From a bacterium (GTDB taxonomy: Bacteria; UBA8248), in contig OZ253442.1 of assembly GCA_965261085.1 (NCBI GenBank), positions 4,064,001 to 4,128,000 of the forward strand: 64,000 nucleotides of DNA, given 5' to 3'. The notes under the pieces are model-generated. The model was not told the DNA's origin and searched no databases. It worked only from the letters and a program-made list of their open reading frames with translations. Below are positions 30,501 to 40,398 of this stretch, piece by piece; the first letter of the stretch is position 1, and every line of letters begins with the position of its first letter. A program made the position numbers and the translations under genes.

Positions 30501-31325
30501 ATGAGCCGCTGGATACAGGAACTGACTTGGCCGGACGTAGCGGAATACCTCGAGAATGGGGATACGGCGCTCGTACCCGTCGGCGCCACGGAGCAGCACG
30601 GGCCTCATTGTCCCATCGGAACGGATGCGGCCGAGGCCATCGCGACCGCCGGGGAGGTGGCCGAGCGGGCGGACGCCCTGATCGCCTCTCCCCTGTGGTT
30701 CGGGTGGTCGCCTCATCATCTCGCGTTTCCGGGAACGATATCGCTCGCCGCGGATACGCTGACGCGCGTCGTCGAGGACGTATGCAACAGCCTCGTCATT
30801 CATGGCTTCAAGCATATCGTGATCTTAAACGGGCACCGGGTCGCGAATCTCCCCCCGCTCGAGATTGCCGTGGTGCGGGTCAGGAACTTAACGGCCGCCG
30901 CCGTCGCAATCGTGGACCTGGCGCTCATCGCCGGGAAGGAGATTCGCGCCGCCTGCGAGAGTCCCCCGGGAGGAGTGGGCCACGGATGCGAATCCGAGAC
31001 CTCCTTCATGCTTTACAAGTATGGCGATCAGGTCAGGATGGACCGCGCGTTGGACGCCATTCCCGAGGTGGGCGAATTCGAGCACCGCTTCGTTTCCGTG
31101 GACCACGCCGTCAACCGGGTCGAAAATCCAAAACTCTCCTTTCCGCCGACAGTGGAGGAATACGGGCAAAACCGGGAAGCGATGGGAGTCGGCGGAGCGG
31201 CCACCCTGGCATCGGTGGAGAAAGGAGAGAAAATTTTCGAGGCCATCGCGGCGAACACGACAAGATTCGTGAAAACCTTTCAAAACGTGTCCGTCACCAT
31301 CAAGGCGACCGTCACGCCCCTTTAG
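30501..31325 (+). CDS. creatininase family amidohydrolase
   Basis: PVGATEQHGPH.PIGTD, SPHHLAFPGTISL, ILNGH..N and GHGCESETS. Confidence 0.93.
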   Translation: MSRWIQELTWPDVAEYLENGDTALVPVGATEQHGPHCPIGTDAAEAIATAGEVAERADALIASPLWFGWSPHHLAFPGTISLAADTLTRVVEDVCNSLVIHGFKHIVILNGHRVANLPPLEIAVVRVRNLTAAAVAIVDLALIAGKEIRAACESPPGGVGHGCESETSFMLYKYGDQVRMDRALDAIPEVGEFEHRFVSVDHAVNRVENPKLSFPPTVEEYGQNREAMGVGGAATLASVEKGEKIFEAIAANTTRFVKTFQNVSVTIKATVTPL

Positions 31326-31430
31326 GCCGGAGGAGAGAAAAGAACCATCTCTCATTGGGAGGATTTGATCACCGTCATTCCGGCGCATGCTTCGAAAAAA
31401 GCGCGACCTCTAAAATCACTCCCCCCTTGA

Positions 31431-31726
31431 GGGGTTGTTGAAAAAGTCCGCCCCGCTAAGAATTGACCACTGCCGTCTTTCCGGCGAAAGCCGGAATCCA
31501 GTTCCGAGCGGAATGGCAATACTCCGGCTTTTCATCTCCTCGTCATTGGCTGGAATCAATCAGAAAATAAAAAAAAAAGCAAAACACATGGATTCCGGCA
31601 TGCGCCGGAATGACGAACAAAGCCGCACCGCCTCGTAAGGACAGGTCGCGACCTGTCCACGGCCCCCCCTCTCGTCGGTTGACAACATACGCCAAATCAC
31701 GAAATCAGGGCTTTTTCAACAACCCC
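31431..31726. mobile_element. putative MITE with 19-bp terminal inverted repeats, carrying nested REP-like palindromes
   Basis: GGGGTTGTTGAAAAAGTCC (31431-31449) and GGGCTTTTTCAACAACCCC (31708-31726), 18/19 match; no transposase inside. Confidence 0.7.
31474..31615. repeat. paired GTCATTCCGGC...GCCGGAATCCA-type REP elements
   Basis: CGTCTTTCCGGCGAAAGCCGGAATCCA at 31474-31500 and inverted TGGATTCCGGCATGCGCCGGAATGACG at 31589-31615; partial copies at about 31373, 47431 and 48780. Confidence 0.8.
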
Positions 31727-31814
31727 GATGAAGGAGTGTTTGCGGTTTGCCGACCGAGGAGGGGGAGCGTGTTTCTCCTCCCTGGAAACCCGACAGCAAG
31801 ACGAGTCAAGGCGA

Positions 31815-32105
31815 GAATCACTCCCCCCTTGAGGGGGAGTCGACGAGGTAAGGGCGTAGCCCGCAAGCGAGTCGGTGGGGGGAGCTTTTAATTAGTGGAG
31901 TAACCATTTATTAGAATCGTCCCCCCACCGAATCGGCCTTCGCCCAAGGGCTCGGCCTCTTCGACTCCCCCTCAAGGGGGGAGTGGTTTTTTCCTCTCGT
32001 TGGTCGCGCCGAACCCCCATTCATCAGAATTTTTTCTACAACTCCCTCAAGAGAGTGGTTCTACCTCTTTCATCAATTGTCATTGCCCCTCAAGGGGAGA
32101 GTAAT
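31815..32105. repeat. ACTCCCCCTTGAGGGGGAGT-type palindromic repeat cluster
   Basis: CACTCCCCCTTGAGGGGGAGTCG and inverted CGACTCCCCCTCAAGGGGGGAGTG; degenerate copies at about 32041 and 32085; half copy at 31413-31430. Confidence 0.8.
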
Positions 32106-32145
32106 TCTGCAACACGACGGCGCAGGGCCGAACCCACTCCCCGCC

Positions 32146-34485
32146 CTAATCGTCTTCCCGCGCCTTCTTGGGCTTCATCAGGAACGCGCCCAGGGCGGGC
32201 AGCAGCGCGATGGCGCCGACCATGTTGACCAGGAACATGAACGAGAGCACCGTACCCATGTCGGCCTGGAGCTTGAGCGTCGCGAGAATCCAGGTCGCCA
32301 CCCCCACCGCCAGCGTGAAGCCTGTGAGCACCACGCCCGCGCCCGTGGTGGCGAGCGTTCGCTCATAGGCCGCGGCGAAATCGAGACCTTCTCTCATATA
32401 GGCGAGCAGCCGCCCGCAGATGTAAATCCCGTAGTCCACGCCGATGCCCACGCCCAGCGCCACCACCGGCAGGGTGGAAACCTTGAGGCCGATCTCCAGA
32501 AACGCCATCAGCGCGTAGGCGAGCAGGGAGACCAGAGCGAGAGGCGCGATGATGCACACGGTCGCCGCCGCCGAGCGGAACGAGAGCAGGCAGAGCAGAA
32601 TGACCGCGGCGTACACGTAGCCCAGAATCGGGAACTGCGACGCTTCTATCTCCTCGTTCGTCGCCGCCATCACCCCGACGTTTCCTGCGGCGAGGCGAAA
32701 GGCGACCCGCGCGTCGCGCTCTTTTTCATTGAACGCCTTTACGGCGGAGACGACCCGGCGGATGGTCTGCGCCTTGTGGTCGGCGGTGTAGATGAGCACC
32801 GGCATCGCCGAGCAGTCGCCGTTCAAGAGCCCTGTGCTCGTCGGCACGAGAGAGACCGATTCGGCGAGCGCATGGCGGTTGCGTGGGAGCGTGCGCCACT
32901 TGAGGTTTCCCTCGTTCCAGCCGGCGTTGAGCTTGCGGACGATTCCGGCGAGCGCGACCACCGAGCGCACGCCCTCCACGTTCCTCATGCGCCACTCGAA
33001 CTCATCGATGAGGCGCATCACCCCGTAATCGACGCACCCTTGCGGTATGGTCTCCACGATCACCGTCAGCACGTCCACGCCGATGTTGAAGCGCTCGACG
33101 ATGGCGGCGGTATCGAGGTTGTAGGTGGAGGTCGCGCGCAATTCCGGCACGCCCTGGTGCTGGTCGCCCACGCGAACCTCGGGCGCGTAACGCGCGCCGA
33201 GAGCCAGTAGAACGGTGGCGACGGCTATCGTCACCATCGCGGGACGCGGCCTTGCCGCCTGCGCGGCGCGCGACCAAAGAGAATCCAGGAACCCCGAGCG
33301 AGCCGCGCGCTCACCTTCTCCCTCCGCTTTGAGATAGGAAAGCGCTACGGGCAGAAGACCTAAGTTCGTCAAGATGATCGCGGCTACCCCCAGGCTGGCG
33401 GTAACGGCGATCTCCTGGATAACGCGCACGGGTATGAGCGCGATGGCCACAAACCCGATGGCGTCCGAGGCGAGCGCCACGGAGCCCGGCAGCAGCAGAC
33501 GGCGAAAGCTCGCCCGCGCAGCGGGAACACCGCCGCCTCCTTCGGCCTGCACGGCGTTCACCATCTGCACCCCGTGGCTGACCCCGATGGCGAAGACCAG
33601 AAACGGCACCAGGATCGACATGGGGTCGACGCCGAAGCCGAGACCGGTGAGCGCGCCGAGCTGCCAGATAACCGCAACGAGGGAGCACGCCAGCGGCATC
33701 GCCGTGAGGCGGACCGAGCGGGTATAGGCGTATACGAATAGAGCGGTGATCACGACGGCGAGGCCGAAGAAGAACAACACCTGGGCTGCGCCCTCGGCTA
33801 TCTCGCCCACGACCTTGGCGAACCCGATGATGTGGACTTTCGCGACGCCGCCGGCCTCGGCTTCGCGGCGGATGACCTCGAGCGCGCGCGCGACTTCAAG
33901 ATAATCGAGCCGCTCGCCGGTGTTGGGGTGAAACTCCTGAAGCCTCGCGCTCACGAGCGCGCCGGAAAAATCGTTCGCCACCAGCCGGCCCACGATGCCC
34001 GCCTTGATGATGTTCTCGCGCACCCGTGCGAAACCGGCCCGGGTCGGCTTGAAATCCGCGGGCAGCACGTTGCCGGCGACGATGCCGTCTTCGACCACCT
34101 CGTTGTAGCGCACGTTCGGCGTCACCACCGAATAGACCTGGGTGCGATCGACCCCCGGCACGAAGAATACGGCGTCGTTCACCTTTTGAAGCAGGGCGAA
34201 GAACTCAGGCGTGAAGATGTCTCCCTCGCGCGCCACCAGCGCCACCGCCACGCGGTCAGCACCCCCGAACGCGGCGCGATGCTTTAAGTAGGTGCGCATG
34301 TAGGGGTGCTCCAGCGGCACCAGCTTGGTGAAGCCCGCATCCACGCGCAGACCCGTCGCCAGCCAGGCCATCGCCAGCGTGATCAGGATGAACGCCGCGA
34401 GCACCCATTTGCGGCGTGAAAAAAGCGCGCGCTCGAGCAGAGCCGTAACGGAAGATGTTTGAGGGGGGGAGGAGGCGTCCGGCAT
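32146..34485 (-). CDS. MMPL/RND family membrane transporter
   Basis: Two-repeat RND topology; LVPFLVFAIGVSHGVQ and LGVGIGVDYGIY. Confidence 0.93.
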   Translation of the reverse strand: MPDASSPPQTSSVTALLERALFSRRKWVLAAFILITLAMAWLATGLRVDAGFTKLVPLEHPYMRTYLKHRAAFGGADRVAVALVAREGDIFTPEFFALLQKVNDAVFFVPGVDRTQVYSVVTPNVRYNEVVEDGIVAGNVLPADFKPTRAGFARVRENIIKAGIVGRLVANDFSGALVSARLQEFHPNTGERLDYLEVARALEVIRREAEAGGVAKVHIIGFAKVVGEIAEGAAQVLFFFGLAVVITALFVYAYTRSVRLTAMPLACSLVAVIWQLGALTGLGFGVDPMSILVPFLVFAIGVSHGVQMVNAVQAEGGGGVPAARASFRRLLLPGSVALASDAIGFVAIALIPVRVIQEIAVTASLGVAAIILTNLGLLPVALSYLKAEGEGERAARSGFLDSLWSRAAQAARPRPAMVTIAVATVLLALGARYAPEVRVGDQHQGVPELRATSTYNLDTAAIVERFNIGVDVLTVIVETIPQGCVDYGVMRLIDEFEWRMRNVEGVRSVVALAGIVRKLNAGWNEGNLKWRTLPRNRHALAESVSLVPTSTGLLNGDCSAMPVLIYTADHKAQTIRRVVSAVKAFNEKERDARVAFRLAAGNVGVMAATNEEIEASQFPILGYVYAAVILLCLLSFRSAAATVCIIAPLALVSLLAYALMAFLEIGLKVSTLPVVALGVGIGVDYGIYICGRLLAYMREGLDFAAAYERTLATTGAGVVLTGFTLAVGVATWILATLKLQADMGTVLSFMFLVNMVGAIALLPALGAFLMKPKKAREDD

Positions 34486-34494
34486 GTGTAGAGT

Positions 34495-35469
34495 CTATTC
34501 GGCCCGGGGCAGGCGCCTGGCCCCGAACTCTCCCAGCAACACCAACCCGCCGCCTGAGAGCGCGAGCGCTTTAGAAATTCCCTGGCGCGAGGCCAGGGGT
34601 TTGAAAGCGGCATCGGCCGAAACGCTGCGCCCGCCGTCCCGGCTGACGAGCAAGGTGCCTTCGAGACCGGTGACGAGCAACAAATCCGGCTTCAGCCGCA
34701 CCGCCCCCGTCAAAGTCGCCTTCGTGGCGGTGCGCACCTTGGTCCAGCTCTCGCCCCCGTTCTCGGAGCGAAACATGCTGCCCCTAAGCCCCAGCAACAA
34801 CAATCGGTTCGCATCGAGCGCGAGCGCGGAAAACCACGAGCCGGCGTAGGGAGAGGAGAGCTTGCGCCAGGTGTCGCCGCCATCGTCGCTGCGATACAGG
34901 ACGCCCGCTTCTCCGGCGATGAACAACCGCCCCGGTCCTGCGGGAACCAGGGCGTTCAGATGAAAATCATCCTTGTCGATGGTTCGCGGCTTCCAGGTGC
35001 GGCCGCCATCCTTTGTGCTGAGGAAATAGCCATACGCCCCCACGGCGAAGCCCACCCGCTCGTCGCGGAACCAGACGTCGAGCAGGGGGCGTTCTTCTTT
35101 GGGCGCGTGATGCGTCAAGCTCCAGGTCATGCCGCCGTCCTCGGTGCGGAGGATGACGGCGTCGTGACCGACTGCCCAGCCGATGCGGGCATCGTGCATG
35201 TGCACCGCGGTGAGCAGGGAGCGGACGGGTGCGCGGGCCTGTTTCCAGCTTGCGCCGCCATCGTCCGAAACCAGCACGTGGCCGCGCGCGCCGACCACCA
35301 CCAGGCGCGAGCCGGCGGACGCGCCGTCGAGCAGCAGGGATTTGGGCGCAAGCCGCGCGTGAACGGCCGGTTGGGCGCTCGCCGCTCCAAAGGACAGCAG
35401 ACAGAATATGAGGCAGGGCAGGAGGCGCAGACTCAATCTTCCTGGGATTCCGGAGGTCGCCGCAATCAT
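34495..35469 (-). CDS. YCF48-related BNR/Asp-box beta-propeller protein
   Basis: Repeated S/T.DGG.TW motifs (SDDGGASW, TEDGGMTW, TKDGGRTW, SDDGGDTW, SENGGESW); start overlaps the DUF1329 stop. Confidence 0.88.
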   Translation of the reverse strand: MIAATSGIPGRLSLRLLPCLIFCLLSFGAASAQPAVHARLAPKSLLLDGASAGSRLVVVGARGHVLVSDDGGASWKQARAPVRSLLTAVHMHDARIGWAVGHDAVILRTEDGGMTWSLTHHAPKEERPLLDVWFRDERVGFAVGAYGYFLSTKDGGRTWKPRTIDKDDFHLNALVPAGPGRLFIAGEAGVLYRSDDGGDTWRKLSSPYAGSWFSALALDANRLLLLGLRGSMFRSENGGESWTKVRTATKATLTGAVRLKPDLLLVTGLEGTLLVSRDGGRSVSADAAFKPLASRQGISKALALSGGGLVLLGEFGARRLPRAE

Positions 35470-36824
35470 CTCCTGCCCATTCGGCGCAACGCCGAGGGCG
35501 TGAAACCCCTGGAGGAGTAGTTCGTGCCGAAGACGTTCATGGGATATTCGTTGTTGAGCCCCAGGGCGAGGTAGCGCCCCGCCTGAATATCGGTGTGCAC
35601 CTGGAGGGTAAAGCCCAGCAAGGGTTTTTCGTAATAGTTGACGACGTGCCCTTCCGACACGCGCCAGAGTTGATCCCTGTTGTCGTAAATGTCCACGAGC
35701 AGGATCATCCATGAATCCTCATCCACGTAGAGCCGCCGTTTCTTGTAGATGTGGCGCGCTCCTTTCTTGAGCGTCGCCTCGACCACCCAGACCCGGTGCA
35801 GTTCATAGCGCAGATACTTCGGGTTGACGTGCAAAGGCTTCAAAACGTCTGCGAAGGTGATTTTATCGCTGTGCAGTTTGTAGCTGTTATAGGGCGCGTA
35901 CATCTCCCGCTTGCCGAGAAGCTTCCAGTCGTAGCGGTCGAGCGCCCCGTTGAACATGTCGAACTGATCGCTCGTCCGCAGTCCGTCCGCAGCGGTGCCC
36001 GGGTTGTCGTAGGCGATGTTCGGCGCGCGCCGCACCCGGCGCTGGCCGGGATTGTACACCCAGGCGTGGCGCGGCTCGGCGACCTGGTTGAGCGTCTCGT
36101 AGGCCAGCAGAATCCGGCCCGCAAGCCGCGCTGGCGCCGCCACCTTCTGCCGGAAAAGAATCATCCTGTTGTTGAGTTTCGCCTCCGTCATGCCCGGCAG
36201 GGAATAGCGCGCGAGGTAGGCGTCCTCGAGCCGGACGAGCGTGTAATCACCGCTCCGGGTGACGGCGGCCTGGGCGATGACGCGCGAGGCGGCCTCACCC
36301 CGGTAGCGCAGCAGGTGATTCCAGATCACCTCTACTCCTTTTTTGGGAACCGGAAACGGAATCCCGATCACCGCGCCCGTGACGCCGTTGCCCCCGGCGG
36401 TGAGTTTCGCGGTGGCGGCGACGCGCCGGGTGGCCTCGTAGATGCGCTTCGGGAACGCCGCGCTGCGCCGGGTCGGATAGACCGGAAGACTGAGCGTCGG
36501 GTAAATCTCCAGCATCTTCTGAAGCCCGGCCGAGAGCTTTGCGCGATGTTTGTCGAGGTTGGCGCGGGTGATGGTGAAAAGCGGCCTGTCGCCGGAATAG
36601 GGGTCGGGATGGTGATCGCCGACCTTGTAACCAGCAGGCGGGGTCGTGATGCCCCCCTTCCACTCCGGAATCGTTCCCGCGGCGTTGCCCGCCCGTTCCG
36701 CCCCGAGAGGGGTGAGATCCTTACCCAGCCGTGCGATCTCATCGGCGGAAATCGCGGCGGAGGCGCTGGTCGCGACGAAGGTGAAAAGCATCGCGACGCT
36801 GATTCTCAAGATGATGGTTTTCAT
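35466..36824 (-). CDS. DUF1329 family (LolA-like) periplasmic protein
   Basis: Signal peptide MKTIILR...; LTPLGAERAGNAAGTIPEWKGG, AWVYNPGQRRVRRAP..AYDNP and RYELHRVWVVEATLK. Confidence 0.93.
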   Translation of the reverse strand: MKTIILRISVAMLFTFVATSASAAISADEIARLGKDLTPLGAERAGNAAGTIPEWKGGITTPPAGYKVGDHHPDPYSGDRPLFTITRANLDKHRAKLSAGLQKMLEIYPTLSLPVYPTRRSAAFPKRIYEATRRVAATAKLTAGGNGVTGAVIGIPFPVPKKGVEVIWNHLLRYRGEAASRVIAQAAVTRSGDYTLVRLEDAYLARYSLPGMTEAKLNNRMILFRQKVAAPARLAGRILLAYETLNQVAEPRHAWVYNPGQRRVRRAPNIAYDNPGTAADGLRTSDQFDMFNGALDRYDWKLLGKREMYAPYNSYKLHSDKITFADVLKPLHVNPKYLRYELHRVWVVEATLKKGARHIYKKRRLYVDEDSWMILLVDIYDNRDQLWRVSEGHVVNYYEKPLLGFTLQVHTDIQAGRYLALGLNNEYPMNVFGTNYSSRGFTPSALRRMGRR

Positions 36825-36853
36825 GGCGGTTACCCCATTTTCATCGCTGTTGG

Positions 36854-39097
36854 TCAGAACAGGTATTTGACGGCGGCGGAGACGAAGTCGCGGTCGCTCA
36901 CCTGGTTGTGCCTTCCGGCGCCGCCGAACATGGTGAAGCTCACGTCGAAATGCCAGCGGTTGAGATAGCTCGCGCCCAGCCCGAACGTCAGCGCGACGCG
37001 GTCTTCCACGAACGGCCCGCCGGGGCCGGGACTGGTGCCCTTCACGTCGTGCTGGAACTGTACGCGCGGGGATATGTTCACCGCGCCGATGGCGTTGAGA
37101 TACGACAGACGCGCCGCTAGCCGGTAGCCGTAGGAAGTGGCGCTCGCGAACCGATCCAGAGGCTCCGCCGCGAGGCCTGCGTGCGCGCCCGCCGGCGTGG
37201 AATGAAAGGGCTCCCCGCTGGTGCTCGTGGCCGGTCCCTCCAGGCGGAGTTCGCTCTTGTCCGGCATGTCGTGCACGTACATGAGCGCCGCTTCCGCGAT
37301 GAACGCCAAGCTGTTCGCCCCCAGGGTGGGGCCAAACACCTTGGTGGCCGTGGCCTGAATCTGGCTCACGTCGCGCTCGATGTAGCCTTGGACGTATTCC
37401 TCGTGGCCGAGGCCGTTGGGGGCGACCTGGTTCCTGCAGTAGGCGAAAGGACTCGTGGCCGCGCAAGGCGGTCCGCCCGGAGCGGCGGCGGTGAGCGGCG
37501 TCAGGGAGGCGAAGAAAAGTTCGGCGTCGTCTATCTGCAAGGGCGCGTCCATGCGGTGGGAAAGTTCTCCCTGCAGCGCCCAGCCCGAGGTTCCGAGCTG
37601 GGTGTTGAAGCTCACGCCCAGAAGCTGGATGTCTTCCGGGTATTCGACGATGTAGCCCGCCGTCTTCACGTAGCGATCGATGGCGAGGGGGCCGGCTACG
37701 GCGCCGATTCGGGCGGCGACCTGACTGGCGACCGCGCCGGGTACCCGGCTGGCGACTTGCCTTTGGATCTCCGCCTGAACCGCCGCAGGCGGCGTGCCGG
37801 GCTGAACGGATGCTCTTACCGCAGCGGTGACCTGCTGGGTGACGGCCTGGGTGACCGCCGGTGTAACTGCCTGCGCAATCGCCCCCGTAGTTGCGGAACC
37901 CCTGGCGACCGCCCCCAACGCGAAGAGGCCGTCCGCCACCCCCTGCGCCGTGCCGGTTCGCCCGCTCAGGATCGGCAGGCGGCTGTGGTAGTTCACGAAG
38001 TAGAAGCCGAATTCGGTGTTGTTCAAGCCCGCGGCGAGGTAGCGCAGCGCGACGCCCCACTGGCCCGAATCTTCAGGCTCCTCGTCCGCCCTGCGGAATA
38101 CGTTCAGGAAATAGGGGTCGAAGTCCGGCTGCGCTCTCTGAGGCAGGGGCGCCAGGGTTCCCGGCGCCGCAGGGCTGGGGATATGGAAGCCCCGGAGGTC
38201 GGCGTTGACCGCCGCTGTGATGGGACCCAACCCTCGGCCTGTATCGGGGACCTCACCCCAGCCGAGCACGACCCTCCTCCCGCCTGCGCCGACGAAGTCG
38301 CTCGTCGAGAAGTAGCTGCCCGGCGGGTCGATCTCGGTCTTCTCCCACTTCACCTGGTAGAAGCCCTCCAAGGAGAGGCTCTCGTTCAGCGAGGCCGAGA
38401 CGGAGACCATCGGAACCGGCACGAGCCCGTCGCGCAACTCCGCGCCCGGCGTTCTGAGCTTGGTCACGTCGAAGGGATTGATGACGTTGATGCTGTTCTG
38501 GATGAAGGTGCTCTCGCCCCAGCTAATGACGTGGTTGCCGAGCCTCAGGTCCACCGCCGCGCCGCCCAGGTCAAACGAGCCTGTGAGGTATAAATCGAGC
38601 ACTTCAAAGTCTTTTCCGACCAGATCCTTCGCTTCGGGCGAAAGTTCGCTGCGCGCCCGCTCGCCCCTGTCGTTCTCGAAGTCGAAAAACCCGTGCACGC
38701 GGGCGAAGGCGCCGAAGTTGCGGTAGTTCAGGTCGAGCTCGCCGGTGAACTTCGACGTGTTGCTCACGATGCCGCTGTCGTAATTGAGGTTGCCGTCGTC
38801 GGAGTTGACGGAGTTCGCCGTGCCGGCCCCTTCGGCCCGGCCGATCAGTCGCTTGTCGCGATCATCGACGCGTAAGGTAACGCCGTGTGAAAGCGTGATG
38901 TCGAGACTGCCCTCGAGTTCGCCGTGAGTGAAATCCTCCGCGCCCACAGGCGGGGCGCACCAGGCGAAGGCCAGGGCGAGCGCGCAGGCCGCAAAGCGAA
39001 GCGGGCGAGAGATGGAGTCGAAAACACCCCCCTGAGAGAAGCGGCGCGTCGGCCGCCCGACGCGGGGTCGATGGGCAAATGAATAGGCTGGATTCAT
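36854..39097 (-). CDS. DUF1302 family outer-membrane protein
   Basis: NSDDGNLNY, RLGNHVISWGESTFIQNSIN.INP.D, FYFVNYHSRLP, YPEDIQLLGVSF and terminal DRDFVSAAVKYLF. The start may be about 70 nt downstream. Confidence 0.92.
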   Translation of the reverse strand: MNPAYSFAHRPRVGRPTRRFSQGGVFDSISRPLRFAACALALAFAWCAPPVGAEDFTHGELEGSLDITLSHGVTLRVDDRDKRLIGRAEGAGTANSVNSDDGNLNYDSGIVSNTSKFTGELDLNYRNFGAFARVHGFFDFENDRGERARSELSPEAKDLVGKDFEVLDLYLTGSFDLGGAAVDLRLGNHVISWGESTFIQNSINVINPFDVTKLRTPGAELRDGLVPVPMVSVSASLNESLSLEGFYQVKWEKTEIDPPGSYFSTSDFVGAGGRRVVLGWGEVPDTGRGLGPITAAVNADLRGFHIPSPAAPGTLAPLPQRAQPDFDPYFLNVFRRADEEPEDSGQWGVALRYLAAGLNNTEFGFYFVNYHSRLPILSGRTGTAQGVADGLFALGAVARGSATTGAIAQAVTPAVTQAVTQQVTAAVRASVQPGTPPAAVQAEIQRQVASRVPGAVASQVAARIGAVAGPLAIDRYVKTAGYIVEYPEDIQLLGVSFNTQLGTSGWALQGELSHRMDAPLQIDDAELFFASLTPLTAAAPGGPPCAATSPFAYCRNQVAPNGLGHEEYVQGYIERDVSQIQATATKVFGPTLGANSLAFIAEAALMYVHDMPDKSELRLEGPATSTSGEPFHSTPAGAHAGLAAEPLDRFASATSYGYRLAARLSYLNAIGAVNISPRVQFQHDVKGTSPGPGGPFVEDRVALTFGLGASYLNRWHFDVSFTMFGGAGRHNQVSDRDFVSAAVKYLF

Positions 39098-39317
39098 TCC
39101 AGTAGGTCCCCCTATTTCGACAGGATGAATTTGGCTATTCGTTAGCCCAAGATATATTCAACATCCTGCGCCAGTCAAGGGAAATCAGGCGTAAAAACAC
39201 AGAAAATGGCGTTTTCAGGACAAAGACGAACGCAGAGGCATCGCCCCACTCGCTCCGCCTGCACGAGAGGTTTTAATTATATTCATTTCCGGCGATAACC
39301 GACTTGAGGGAGCAGGG

Positions 39318-40391
39318 TTACCGGACGCGCGTTCCGTCGGGTTCGAAGAGATAGACGCGCGAGGGGTCGAACGTGACGTTCAGCCGCTCGCCCGCCTTGA
39401 AGCGACCGCTCGCCTCGACGACGGCGATGGTCGGACGCTCCGCACCGTGCTCGAAGTAGAGAAGCGTATCTTTTCCGAGCGGCTCCACGAGTTGGATGTT
39501 GCACGAGAAGGCGGCGCTCTCGCTCCCCACCACCATGTGTTCGGGCCGGACGCCCAGGGTGTAATCTCCCGAGGATACGCCCGCGTAGGCCTCGGGGAGC
39601 GTGTAATCGATGCCGAAGCCGGTGAACGCGGCGGCGCCGTTGGAATTATCCACCTTCCCCGAGATGAGGTTCATGGACGGGCTGCCGAAGAAATCGGCCA
39701 CGAAATAGCTGACCGGGTCGTTGTAGATGTCCAGCGGGGTACCCACTTGCTCGATGACGCCCAGGCGCATCACCATGATGCGGTCGGCCAGGGTCATGGC
39801 CTCTTCCTGATCGTGGGTGACGTAGACGAAGGTTTTCTTGAGTTCCTCGTGGAGCCTGTCGATCTCGGCGCGCATCTCGCGGCGGAGCTTGGCGTCGAGG
39901 CTCGAAAGCGGCTCATCCAGCAGGAAGGCGGAGGGGTCGGTGATGAGTGTGCGGGCCAGCGCCGCGCGCTGCGCCTCGCCGCCCGAGCACTGGCCGGGCA
40001 GCTTGTTGAGCAGGTGGCCAATCCGGACAAGGTCGGCCACTTCGCGCACGCGCTTTTTGCGCGTTTCCACGGGCACCTTCTTCATGCGCGGACCGAACTC
40101 GATGTTCTCGGCCACCGTCTTGTGCGGGAACAGCGCATGCGTCTGGAAGACCATGCCGACGCCCCTATCGCCGGGGTCGATATCGTTGACGACCTTCCCG
40201 TCGATGATGATCTCGCCCGCGGTGGGTTCCTCGAACCCCGCGACCATGCGCAGCGTGGTCGTCTTGCCACAGCCCGAGGGGCCGACGATGACGACGAACT
40301 CGCCTTCCTCGATGGTGAAGTCGAGATTCTTCACGGCCTCGATGTTCTTGCCGAATACCTTGCGTAAGCTCTTGAGTTCGATTCTCGCCAT
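39318..40391 (-). CDS. carbohydrate-type (CUT1) ABC transporter ATP-binding protein
   Basis: GPSGCGKTT, variant signature CSGGEAQR, LLDEPLSSLD, VTHDQEEAMT and C-terminal TOBE (GVRPEH). Confidence 0.95.
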   Translation of the reverse strand: MARIELKSLRKVFGKNIEAVKNLDFTIEEGEFVVIVGPSGCGKTTTLRMVAGFEEPTAGEIIIDGKVVNDIDPGDRGVGMVFQTHALFPHKTVAENIEFGPRMKKVPVETRKKRVREVADLVRIGHLLNKLPGQCSGGEAQRAALARTLITDPSAFLLDEPLSSLDAKLRREMRAEIDRLHEELKKTFVYVTHDQEEAMTLADRIMVMRLGVIEQVGTPLDIYNDPVSYFVADFFGSPSMNLISGKVDNSNGAAAFTGFGIDYTLPEAYAGVSSGDYTLGVRPEHMVVGSESAAFSCNIQLVEPLGKDTLLYFEHGAERPTIAVVEASGRFKAGERLNVTFDPSRVYLFEPDGTRVR

Positions 40392-40398
40392 TGTCTTC

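Noticed and set aside
29849-31441. 530-aa plus-strand ORF
   Set aside because: Arg/Gly-rich alternative frame overlapping the real deaminase and creatininase genes; a GC-rich shadow ORF
31373-32105. Possible CRISPR array
   Set aside because: Repeats are inverted palindromes with irregular spacing, and there are no cas genes
36825-38060. N-terminal extension making DUF1329 an 864-aa protein
   Set aside because: It overlaps DUF1302 in another frame; the real start with signal peptide is at 36824
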